A DNA stretch of 64,000 bases from Marsupella aquatica. Its lineage: Eukaryota > Plantae > Marchantiophyta. A program made the position numbers and the translations under genes. The DNA lies in the NCBI GenBank assembly GCA_973895155.1, contig OZ316893.1:3144490-3208489 (forward strand), read 5' to 3'. The notes under the pieces are model-generated. The model had not been told where the DNA came from, did not search any database, and worked only from the letters and a program-made list of their open reading frames with translations. Below, piece by piece: positions 26,201-38,850 of the stretch; position 1 is the stretch's first letter, and the number at the start of each line of letters is the position of its first letter.

Positions 26201-29200
26201 AAAATTTTCAGACCAACACCTGCTTTGATCCCTATACAACCTCAACCACTGTTACTTCCAGCTTCTTTTGCTCAGCAGACTACTCCTACTTCATTGTTGG
26301 TTCCTAATTTTTCATCTAGCTAGTAACACTTCTAGTTCTATTTCTTCACCAATTCCTGGACATACTCGGGGACGCACTCCTACCAGAGGCGTGCTCAGAC
26401 TCCTTCTCCAGGTTTGTCCAATCAGTCTCCTCCTCAACCTCAAAGAAGTGGATCTTGCTGAACGTCTCAAGGCCCAATAGCAGAGATGGGCTTTACTTTC
26501 AACAACAACTGTTCTCGAAGAATCATCTTCTTACAAAGTAGGTGTTACTGAACCTGATACAGACAACTGGAAAGTTGCTATTTCTGATGAGCTTCAAAAA
26601 ATGGCTAGAATGCAAGCCTGGAAAATGGTACCCTTGCATCCTGACAGGTCTACTTTTGGATGTTGTTGGGTATTTAAGATTAAACCTACTATTGATGGCC
26701 GTATTGATTTCACAAATAGAAGGCTCCTAAATTAAAGGTTTTCCGTACTCAAATCCCCAATGTGAACTTGATTGACACTTTTTTTGCCTACAATAAGACT
26801 TCAGTCTTTGCATGTCTTATTTGCTCTTACAATTTACTACAACCTAGATCTCCATCAATTAGATGTGATTGCTGCATTTCTGTCTGGCTCACGATATGAA
26901 CAAATTTTCATGGACCTACATCTTGGCTTAGAAGTGTTAGATCCCAATCTTGTTTGCCTCTTAGGAAGATCCCTCTATGGTTTAAAATAATCTGCACTCA
27001 TGCATGTGGTATGAGCAGTTCCATTGTCTTCTCTTGAAAAAAGGCTTGATCATTTCATCTGCTGATTCCAACATCTATATCTTGTCCCAAGACTCTCAAT
27101 TTCTAGTTCTTGCTTTATACGTAGATGACACCATATAGCTAGCTCTAGTCCAACACTAGTGAAGTGAAAGATTTATTGAGTCAAGAGTTCCAGATGACAG
27201 ATCTTGGAGATTGAAGCATACCATGTTCTTGGTATGCAAATTCTGTGTAATTGAGCTAAAGGGTGGCTTGCCATCAATCAATCCACCGTTCTACATAACC
27301 AATAAGCTCAGGAAGTTCAATCTCATTGACTCCAAACCACATACTCACCACTGACTCCTACAGTATTTGGCCTGCAGTTGAGCAACTCTCAAGCTCCAGG
27401 ACCTACCAGTCCAGAAAAAATTAGTAAATGACCATTGTTCCTTATTAAAGTGCAGTTGGCAACTTGATGTGGGCCATGCTATGCCCACATCCTGACATAG
27501 CCTATTTTGTTCGCATTGTAGCTCAATTTATGTCAAACCCAAGACTTGACCATTGGCAGGCAGTTAAGAGAATTTTTGGCTATTTAAAAGGTACTAAACT
27601 GTCCTCTTCTCTTTCCTACACCAAGTCTTTTGCTCCTTTTGCACTTCACAAATTTTCATACACAGAATATGGTGACAATATTGTAAACTCTCAAAAATAG
27701 GTCCACTGGTGGGTTTTGGATTCTCCTTGTTGGTGGAGCAATCAGCTGGACAAGTAAGAAGCAACATTCAATTGCGCGCTCTCTCTTCTACTGAGCCAGA
27801 ATATATGGCTCTTTGCTAGCACTGAAGCGGGCACTGAAGCCATCTGGCTTTGGCGATTACTACATGATATTTTCACAAAAAAATAATTCTGTGATAATAA
27901 TTTAAGCACCACTTCCCTATCATCATCGGCAAAGCTACAACTTCAATCACAAAAGATGGTGGATGGGATTCCTGATCATATTAATCCTGCTCACACTTCC
28001 TCTTGCACTGCTTGTCTCTATGGCAAGCAGACTTGCAAGTCTTTTCCTTCCAAGCTTTGCACATAGAGCATCTGGCCTTCTTGACTTAAATCACACAGAT
28101 ATTTGTGGACCAATTTCTCCTTGGACTACACATTCTGGCTTCCGCTATTTTATACTATTCATTGATGATTTCTCTTGCTACACCATTGTTTATATACCTG
28201 TTGCACAAGTCTAAGGCACTTCAACGACTATTTGTGGCATTGGTTGAGAATCAGCATCAACCACATTTTATCAAGATCCTACGTTCTGACAATGGCGGAG
28301 AATACCGGTCACCTGCCTTCAATGCCTTTTGTATCTCTCAAGGTATCCCTTGACAGATTATTGTTCACCATACTCCCCAGCAGAATGTGTTCTCTGAAAG
28401 AAAGAACCAGACCGATCTTGTTAATTCAGTCCGCTCTATGCTATGATCTCATTTTGCTCTAGGGAAATCCTATTGGGGTGAAGCTCTAGTCATTGCCGAT
28501 TATAGTCAAAATCACATTCCCAATAATGCTTTACCAATTTTGAAAATTCATATTTGAGTTGTGGCTTAATTGAAAACCTCTTCTCACTCATCTCCAAATT
28601 TTTGGTATAGAGTTTTGCATTTGTAAAGATCAATTTATGATCCTCATTCCAAACCCAACTCCAAATTAATTGGATTTTTGTACTGAGGAATGCATTTTTC
28701 TGGGTTATAGTGACCAGAGCAAGGCATTAAGATTGGAGCAAAAGTGTGATAAGAAGACTATCATCTCTCATGATGATGTCGTATTGGAAGACAAAGTCGA
28801 TACTAGTTATTTCTCAACGTCCTACGCATTCTCCTCCTAATGATGAAGAAGGTGATTTTGGTCCTCATTTTGATCCACTTTTCTTCCAGGGTTTCAATCT
28901 TCCGGCTTCTCCAAAATTTCCAGTTTGTTGCCTCTTCATTCTTGGTCCACAGACTTTTCCATCTTCAATTGGAGTTTCCGGAGTAACCAAGGGCTTCACT
29001 CAGATCCTTGACATTGATTATGAGTCAACCTTGTCACCTACTCTGAGGTTACAATCTCTTCGTATTCTAATTGCCATTGCTGCTTTTCTGTATGGTTTCT
29101 TGAAGCAGAAGACTTTCATGGCACTTCCTCAAGGGCTCTATGTTCCTGATTGCCGATTGGTTTGTCTTCTCGGTTGGTCCATGTATGGGCTTAAGCAATT

Positions 29201-30180
29201 TTCTCGTATGTGGTATGAGCGATTCCATATTTCTCTTCTAAAAATTGGCTTTGTCAGCATCACTGCCAATTCTAATATCTACATTCTGCATAAGCATTGA
29301 TTTCTCAATTTCTTATGCTTGCACACTATGTGGATGATATTGTCCTGGCCAGTTCTAGTTGTAAATTCTTACTTATGTAAAAACTTAGTATGCTTCAATC
29401 AACAACAATTTGAGATGACCTATCTTGGTGTCAAGGAGTATCATGTTCTTTGCATGTATATCCAATTTGATTGCCAAGAAGGTTGGATCAGGCTCAATCA
29501 AACTACTTATATCTATAATAAACTGAAGCACTTCAATATGCAGGCCTGCCAGCCTCTCTCTGCTCCTTTCGATTTTGGTCTAAATCTCTGTAAAGAAAAG
29601 TCTCCTGGTGACCCTACTGACACTGCTGCTATGTCTTCTATTCCTTACAAAAGTGCTATAGGTAGCCTTATGTGGGCGGTGGTATGCACACATCCTGTCA
29701 TTGCTTTTGCTGTGAGCACAGTTATTGCTCAATTGATGACTAATCTAGGTCCAATTCATTGGACAGCCGTCAAGCAATTTTTTTGGTACCTTCAGGGTAC
29801 CAAGGACTATTTTTGTCAGTACGTATCAGCGTTCAACTATTCCTTTCATTTGATAGGAATAATTACTAATTAAAACTACTTTATGAAATTAGTTTTGCAC
29901 AGAAAATAACTGAGATTTTCTGTGATAACCAGAGTGCTATTTAGTCAGCTCAAGCAAATTAATATCATGACCAAACTAAACATGCTGAACTAAACACTAC
30001 AATATCATTTTATTAAGTACCAAGTTGCCAGTGGCAAGATTAATTTCAATGGTTCATGTTCCTACTGCAGATATAGATGTTGATATTTTTAAGAAGGGTC
30101 TTCAGAGAGGCCATCATCACAAGCACACATGATCTCTAGGTTTATTTACTCCTGTAAATCATCAAAGAACACTGAAAAAA
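23249..30180 (+). mobile_element. Decayed composite Ty1/copia block: 5' LTR, PBS, gag-pol, then a second integrase-RT-RNase H region; no 3' LTR
   Basis: LTR TGTTAG...CTCACA at 23249-23557. PBS TGGTATTAGAGC (iMet type, 1 mismatch) at 23558-23569. gag (LWALVDGS, AAKMWSRL), protease (WYLDTGATH), integrase (VQSDICGP), RT and RNase H run to ~27900. A second HTDICGP/ILRSDNGGEY/RT/RNase H set lies at ~27940-30150. Many stops and frameshifts. Confidence 0.9.
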
Positions 30181-31119
30181 TTTATAGTTCTGTGCTAGTT
30201 ATGTGTTAGATGGTTAATCTTTGTGATCCTCACACTCATGAGGATCGATCAATCTCATCATGTACAATTTAGATTAACCTTTGTTCTAGGGACAATGTTA
30301 GTCCAGAGATCTCTTCTGGTGATATTTCATATCTTCAGATACATTCAGTCTTTCTTTAGTCTATTAGAAGTAGGAATCTTGTACGATTTAGATTAACCTT
30401 TATTCTAGCTAGGGACAATCTTAGTCCATAGATCTCTTCTGGTGATGTTTCATATCTACAAAACTACACATTCCTAGACAGTTCAGTCTTTCTTTAGTCT
30501 ATTAGAAGTAGGAATCTTGTACGGCTAATCATTCATTCAATCAATTTTCATCTGAGCATCTTTGAAGCATTCACTGTCTCATTCAATTCACTCTCTCTCT
30601 ATTCCTCATTTTACACTTGTACTCAGAACTGGTTGACCTTTGACACACCAAATGCCACACAAATTGCATCCCGAATAAGGATCTCCAAACATGTTGTATA
30701 TCTCTAGAACCCTAGAGGAGAAGCAACAGGAGTTTAATTCTTGCTTTGCCTTAGGAGGAGAAGCAACAGGTCCTGGAGCTTAATTCTTGCTTTGCCTCTT
30801 AATTCTTGCTTTGCCTTAGAATACACTGGAACTACAAGAGATTTTCAATTCTTCCTTAGTTGAGTGGGGATCTCGATGGAGGCAAGGTCGCTTTCGCTCA
30901 ACGTGCTTGCATTTTGCACTTACAAACCCCAAAGGGTGGAGGTCAAGCACCCTATTCCTAGGCTAGATAGTGTGATACCAGCCCGACAAGGTGCCACTCG
31001 AACCTTCCTTCGAAGGAGGAAAACTGAGAACTCTGGATGAAGGGTGAAAATAATCATGGCCAGGGTCTAGAACTTATGTTGCAGGTCCGTGACCGCACCT
31101 GAACTACCCCATACTTGCG

Positions 31120-34100
31120 CTAGAACAGTTTCTTCTTAGGTGCTGTACATTGGTAGCACTTTTCAAAAAGTCCGAAGGTGTTGATCTGTTTAACAATGTT
31201 ATATATACTGGCATACCCTCCAAGCCCAGTCCCAAGGGTCGCAATTATGGCCACCACGACAACGTTTGTAAAGACCAATGCTTTCCCTCGTGGGAGATAC
31301 TTCGAGGTCTTCTCCGCCGCATTCTGGAAAGCAATTCATGCACCCAGGTATCAGCATATTATATGGTTTTCATTAAACTAAAAAGTTACGTCATTCAGAT
31401 TGTCAGCTCTCTGCCGTTCCCAAAGAGTTGAGTTCATATGTCTAAACTGTTTGTATCCTCAACTAGGAAGAGAAATCCGGCCCAATGATCATTCAGATTG
31501 AAATTTTCTCAGCAGGCCACGACAACAAATTTAGGAAGGGAAGCCGGGTGTTTGGGAGGAAAGCGAACCTGGCGAGCTTGAGGAGTCCAGAAAACGTAGA
31601 TGAAGACAACGCAGGGGATCATGAAGGTGCTGAAGCTCATGAAGATGGCACCCACGAAGCTGTTGAAAGGTCCAAAGAAGGGGAATGCCAGAGCCAGAAA
31701 CCAAAGCAGCGCGGCTACAGGTAAGCGCATCACCACTCTCAACGGGAACCAAGCTGTATGTATGCCCCACAGCTTCTCCCACATGAAGAACAATGGCATG
31801 ACGTAGAGCCCAAAAGCTACAGCCTGCATACATGAACCAGGGTTGGCACTCAAGACAATGGAATTGCTGCCGGGAGAAGAGCAAATGTCCATAATATACG
31901 AACTTCAGAGATTACTAATCTACAACATTAGATCTGGTCGAGTGGTCTTCAAGAGTCTACTCGAGTTCTTCTCTGAGATTCTCCTTGTGAAAAGCACAAT
32001 AGTGTGACATTACTTTTCGGTCATTAATGTATATTGTACTCATCATGTAAGCTGCCACTCTGCCAGATACCAATGTCACAACAGATGCTCAAGTAGGCAG
32101 CTTGGTAGGCGTTCAACTGCGTCGTGAATGTGCGCTGCCATTGTCACTGTACGTGGGCTCAGTTAATTAACAAAAGTTGAAGGAATCGGTGAAGTCTTAA
32201 ATCTACACACTCTACTAGTAATCGGGAGCTGAATGTAGTTTAACCTATATAACACTTATGACCTAGGGCCGCCTCTCCGAATTCATTGCCGATCCTGGAT
32301 AGTTGGATAGGGCCCTAGGGGAGATCAAGGGTCCCAAACCGAGACCACCGTGACTTCTGAGAGCTTTTAAGTCATGCCCAGAATGAGCGAAGCACTGCGG
32401 CTCGTCAGAGGGTAACCGGCGATTACTGGCTAACACAGAAGTAGTAGAGAAGAACCCCCGAGAAGAACTTCACGGAGCTACAGTACTCATTGCCTGTAAG
32501 GAATAAAACCTTCAGAATTGCGAAGATGATGACTACCGTATCTTATGGGCAAGAGAGTATGCAGCTAGCATGAGACTCAAGTATGCGATTCTGCACTTGT
32601 GCTGATTACAAAGGTACTGTACTTTAGTAACTACCGTAGAAGGATTAACCTACTGTGCCAGGCCAGTCGTCACCGTACTCACATGTGGACCAGCCGCAGC
32701 AGCTAACGTGAGGGCCGTACTTGTTGGGACCACTAGTGCCGTTTGCCCGTTTTGTTGCCGTCGCGTGGAAAGGAACTTTACGCTCTTGTGGTCTATTACT
32801 GATGATGCTTTTGAGTTCTTCAGATGCACCGGAAGACAAGTGTGAGCTAAATGCATCGACAGCGTTTATGAAATTTTCTCCTCCAACTCTAAAATGGTCC
32901 TGCAGGATGCTCTGGACGGAGTGCAGATCCTATGCCAGAGTTTCGGTACAAAACTGAGTCGGCTATCATTCTTAGAATCGATCCGCAACTGATGTTCAGG
33001 TAGTCATCCGGGGCAGTCATCAGGGGCAGTCATTCCGAAATGTCGATTTTAACTTGGCTTGTGGATCCTTACCATCTATATGCCTAGCTCGTCCAGGCCT
33101 CATGGAGAACAGATCCATGCGTTCCCAGGCTCTAGAATACGGTACAACCCACCCACGAGGTGAGGAACGGAGGCCCTGTACTGCATTCCGAAGGCCAGGC
33201 TTTCGACAATTCAACATGTGCACCATGATGGACAAGGCAAAATAGTGCAAAGTACTAGCGTTACAGTCAATTCAGAGGTCGATGATTAGTGCACGCTATA
33301 CTTAATTTAGACTGGTGAATCACCTCCGTAGATGTAGCCGTATAATGGGATCAAGATCATTGTCATGGACGACATCTATTCGATCACATCGATCTGGCAA
33401 AGAAGTGAAATTGTCGGGAGAACATGGTCTACATTTTGAGAGACATATTCCTTCCTCAATATAAGCTCTCCTCGTAACTAAAGGAAACCGCCAACAAAGG
33501 TTTCCGTTTTTCACTGAAGCTGGAAAACCGAGTTTACATCTATATATATTTACATCTGGGCTTATACGAAGCTTTGCTGGAATGACCGATGAGTGCTGGA
33601 ATCTCTGTACACTTAATTTGCAAAGAATTGATGAGCAGACTGCCGCAATTGCGAACGAATCGACAAATGCAAAAAAGCTACCGCAGAAATGAAAATGCCA
33701 TGTTTCGCGGGGAAAAATGAAAATACCTGGTGAGTAATCATGAAGACGAGACCCAGAGTTCGGGCAGTTGAAGTAGGAAACACTGCAAAGGCATTCCCGT
33801 GCGTGAGCAGCACATCCCCAAATGCCCAGTACGTGGCAATGCAATGAGGCATGGTGATCGTCAGGACGTAGAGGCACGTAAAGACGTACACGTACTTGTA
33901 CTTCCTGGGACTCCACATTGCGTGCATGATTTCGCTGCATTGGCGTGCAACATCATCCAAATTTTGAGTTAAGTGTTTCACAAAGCTCATCTCGACACAA
34001 TCAAGACAACTCTGTTGACAAGATCCAACATGGCAAAGACTCTTCAAAGACAGGTTCCTGAATTTGAAGAGAAACGTACGCCAACTTATCACGTCTCAAA

Positions 34101-36592
34101 TTAAAGGAAGACATTACTTACGAGTCAGTACTGAATATCTTCTAAGAAATATTATAGTCGACAAATTGAGGAAATGTACTAATATTGTGAGCTCGTACAC
34201 TTCTCACTGGCCTGGGAGTCATATACACAGTTTCCTCTCGATAGTGAGAGTTTCAGTTATGTACACAATAGATACACATATGTCGCTATGGAGCCGGCAG
34301 AAGCTACAGTAGCTTCTAGCTCGGGATGAGGAGTATTTGAGTACAACTCCGAAACATCATGATGGACTTAGAGCACGTACTGCGTGACGGGCATGCAGTT
34401 TTCAGTGGGTAACTGATCCAGTGTGCTTGTCAGTAGAAGGGCTGCAATTGCCCGTACTACAGTAGTGACTGTGATACAACTCTGGTGGTGATTTGTCCGT
34501 GGAACTGAATCAGGCAGTATGGTGGGCAAGTATCCTAGATCGGTGTATATGCTGCAAGTCCGATCCCTAACGCAACAATCAGTTTCTAAATCTACCTGAT
34601 CTTAGAGTGTCTACCCAAATGCAAAAATTTGCCGAATAAGGTTTGCGGAGCATGTGCACGTACATGGTGACGGCGTGGCCGCCGGTGGAGAATAAAATGT
34701 TGGTTGTTCCTGTGAAGAACTGCTGAAGGTTGTTTGGGGCAGAATGTTGAACCACTCCGACCTGCAAAATTTCATTAAGAATGAGAAAAGTAATTACATA
34801 TATCGACTTTGAAAGAATTCCCTCGCCACGTGCTTATTGCTCCTCTAGGACCCCACCGTTTCATTCGATCACAAGCATCATTTCGAAGGTGTCATGAATG
34901 ATCATATTCCTCAATTTGACGGATAACTTCCTAATTTCACGGCATGCGAGTTGTTCATAATATATACCTGGCCACGTTCCAAGGAGGCGATGAACATGTA
35001 CCACGCAGTGTAAGTCGTGGTCAGAATTCCCACCAACGAAAAGACTCTAAAATTGTGTAAGGTTGGCACGAGGACCATAAACATGGATATGGCTCCGAAT
35101 ATCAAAGCCCATTCTTGCTTGTTGAGGTGATCACTTATGTAATACGCGTTACTGCGGAAGCCAGACAACACATGCAGTAAAATAATTGAAGTAAAATAAG
35201 TAAGGTGAGATGTTCAGCACACAATCAACAAACACACAATCAACAAGGTCAAATCATGGATAGTACACGGGTGAGAAGCATCTAATGAAGCGCAGGTGAA
35301 ATGGGCAGGGTCTCGACGTGATGAAAGTTGTTAAGCCCGGTACTGAACGTCGGAGATACCTGGCACAAGCAATGATTTGCACCGTGGCGACGGATCCTAT
35401 TGTCATGATGTTGAAGAATAATACAACATTCCTAGCCATCGGAGACACAAGATTTTCTATCACCTCGTGATACTGCACATGTGCAAATCAATTTCAAGCG
35501 AGGACTGAATAAGAATGGGCCCACTGATACTTTAGGCATGCAGAATTCTAAGCAAATTTCAAATTTTAAGAGTAGAATTATGTGAGATTTGATTGGCATA
35601 ATTTGACAGCGGGCTGGAACGGCAAATGTATAGCTAAAGGAAGCATTTGAAGTAGGCGGACCAACCTGGATGACATGATTTTTGAAGTCGTGCCCTTCTT
35701 TCTCCTTCCGATGACGATACTCGACGTAGAGACGGGCCAGCAAATAGCAAGTCCAAACGCCAAGGATTGTGTAGAATGACTGGAAGATTACTCCGAATGT
35801 GAAACCCATCTGTGCGTATGATGTGGGCATTGTCAAGATGACCTGCCCGACCTGCTCAATTCAAGCAATTGACGAAGAGATCATGCAGATTAGATACCGT
35901 TGGTATCATAAACTTTATATAAGACTTGGTCGATGCGTACGTACTCCACAACCAAGGAAGAGCTCGCTAGATCGAAAGGGCAAAGCCATTGTTTTTATTT
36001 CCGCTACAGTTTAATCAAATCAATATAGTAAACCTTCTCTAGTAAAGGTTTGTGGCGACGAATATACTGTCACGATGAATTTCCAAAAGCCACGTCCGCC
36101 AGTCTTCGGATGAGGCCAATCCTGCATGCTAAGGGCGCTCAGGCATTGTCTACGAGAAGTGAGATGCTACTGGAGTGACGTAGGGGCTCAACCTGACAAA
36201 CGCTGTAGGTTCCTTCAACATGAGGAGGACGGCCACCTTGATATCTCTGGGTGGCAAGACTTCAAATTTAAAATAAGCTCACTAAACATCCAGCATTCAT
36301 TTGAGATGTAGAAATAATTCAAATCAGCGGGTTGAAACCGCTCCCTACAGTGGTGACGTACCTGTGCCGATGAAGCATTCAACCAGGCATCGTAGACGGC
36401 GCCTCCATGCCAGATAAACTTGTTAAACAGGACTCGAACACCAGTCAGGGGAACAGCAGTCGCGGCGTTGAGCTCATCATCCGAGCCCAAAGGAACCACC
36501 ACCCTGTCGGACAACCCATCTGGTTGGTCCCCGGTACTTCCTAAACCCCTGCCCGGATCGGCTTCGACATCTCTGGCATTTTCCGAACTCAT
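31120..36592 (-). CDS. LAX: AUX1/LAX-family permease (divergent subtype), 8 exons
   Basis: Exons 36592-36362, 35851-35666, 35472-35360, 35151-34968, 34761-34664, 33934-33727, 31823-31569, 31323-31120. Motifs WHGGAVYDAW, FKNHVIQYHEV, VQIIACASNAYY, TTYTAWYMF, GGHAVTIEIMHAMW, AFPFFGPFNS, QINTFGLFEKCYQC. Confidence 0.95.
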
Positions 36593-38840
36593 TTCGAATC
36601 ACGTCCTCCACAGCTGTTATGTCCTCAGTCTCACTGTTGTGTCGTCAACTTGGGAATCTGAAGTTTCATTGGAACAATACCACATTCAAATTATGGTCAG
36701 ACAGATCCTTCGGTTATTACACTAATCAATCACATCGCTATCAAACAATTTTACAACATCTTGACCAATGACCCAATATGTTGATGATATGTGAGTGAAC
36801 GTCGGAGGTTAGGCTCAGGTTTCGGCCTACTAATGAGTCAATCTCACAAAATACTTGGAGATGAATAAAATACGGACCCGCCAACTACTCGCGGGGTACA
36901 CGACACGTCTCTGGAGTGAATGAATCGAATGAATCAATCATGGTTTGACTCTCGAAGTAGGCCTTCAAATGCTTGCAGCACTCGCATTGTAAGCATCAAG
37001 GGTATCGCATCAAATCACTCCACTCGTACTCTAGTTCACGCCCACGTACTTGAGCCCTAATAAGACACTCGATAACTTGGCATCTAGTGGCACGATGCCT
37101 AGCCAGCACACGTTGTAGCTAGCCAACACAAATCAAACTCTCCATGTTTCTCCAAAGGAAGCCAGGCACAACTTGTCCAGAAGTTTGGCTTTCTTCACAA
37201 CACATCTATCATTCAGTGAAACGGCCGGCTACAGGTACTCTCTGGACAGCCGGCTCCTCTCGAGTCACCTGTCTAGCCCATGGTTAAATTTAATTCAGAA
37301 TCCTTTTCACAATGTCACCTTCAAGGAATTCTCGATCCCACGAAGGTATTCACGATTCCTACAGCGATAGAAGCCAGTGTCAATCTATATATTGGTAGAT
37401 GACAATGAAGAAGTTCACTGGACGATTCCAAGCTATCGGTACAAGTACAAACACATACATCCATCCATACATACATACAAACGTAATAATTATGCACTAC
37501 TGGCCCAGCTTATCAACGCGTGATCAGGAAGTCGTAGACCGGCCTATGAACAATGAGTGATTGAGCAAACTTAGACGACCGTAGATTTCTCTAATCGACC
37601 CATCCCATGATCGCCAATTTCTCCTGGGATGGTCCTTCGTCTGTTACCGTAAGATTGTGCCGTACAACACTTTGATTCGGGAGGACTACCCGAGGTTCTA
37701 CCTGTTTCACCATCGCTATCCAGGACTTCTGCTACCAGGTCCGTGACCAAAGTTGGTCACACTCAACTCATTGTATACCAACCTTTCTCTCTTCCTCCTA
37801 TACTCTTGTGACTACTCGACCCTCGGATACGCTCTCAGGATTCTGGGTTACAGTGTTTGACTCGACACTTCGTTCAATCAACTACAGTTCTGTCGTTTGG
37901 AAAATTTGGAATGCACCGTACAATACCAACCTCCAGGAAAGTAGGGGGGCAGCCTGCTCTACACATCTCCCGACAGTTTACAATTGAATGTATGAGACCA
38001 GTTCAACTGACAATACTGTGTGAATGTACAGCGACGGAGGACAATGTCATGATTGAAAGATTTCAATAAATATCAGTACATTGAGGATCATTCTCGATAA
38101 GAAAGAGGTCAATGAAACAACCCTGGAAAAGCGCTTCTTCCTACCGTAGCTACTGTTAGTTTCATCCGACAGCTTGCATGCATGGCGCAGTACCAGCATA
38201 GACAAAGAGTACTCTACTCTCTACTCGTGCCACCATGAAGATCGTCTGTGCGTCTCGTCAGACGGTTCCAGAATCTTACTACTCACCCGCCAGTTTCTGG
38301 AAGGATTGCACCGAATTTGCAAGAGTAACTATGATTATATACTTTGGGGACTTGGGGAGGGAATTGTGATCAATGAGAAGCTAAAACCTCAATCAAGTGG
38401 TGGAAGCTTTCCTGTGCAAGGTGAACAACCTGGCTTACTCATGGATCGAGTAACGATTGGGACCACCTGGAACATGGGTAAACACCCTCATCCTCTCTCT
38501 TGCCCCACACAGCATGAACCAGTTATCTACCCCGCAAGCTCTAGCAAGTGACTCGTTGATCGAGCTGGACAGACTGGTTGAGCTTCACGTGGACTCGATT
38601 GAACTGGAGTGAATTGGACTGGGCCAGGCTTCCCTGCTTGATGGTCGACACTTCAGTTAGTCAGGCCACAAAATTCTCGAGCAATCCGCATGCCTAGAGA
38701 GAGGGAAGATGTAATTACTGGGCGAGATGGGCTGGCTTGAATTCAGTCCTCCTCGCTAGCTGCTACCACTGCTGTGTGTGCGCAGATCGCAAAGTCGATC
38801 CGAAGACTACCATAAGTGTGAATCCAAGCACGACTTCACT

Positions 38841-38850
38841 ATTTATAAAA
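38841..38850 (-). promoter_or_regulatory. Candidate TATA box for the LAX gene (implies a ~2.2-kb leader region, probably with an intron)
   Basis: TTTTATAAAT on the minus strand, near the edge of the CpG-rich unique region before TE-like DNA begins at ~39100. Inference only. Confidence 0.3.

Noticed and set aside
30715-30820. Short local duplications (also at 3900-3958, 13118-13250, 43010-43070, 48601-48650, 57457-57630, 61231-61298)
   Set aside because: Ordinary slippage or repair duplications with no further structure.
32262-32319. Hairpin CCTAGGGCC/GGCCCTAGG in a LAX intron
   Set aside because: A 9-bp stem with an unpaired interior; too short to distinguish from chance.
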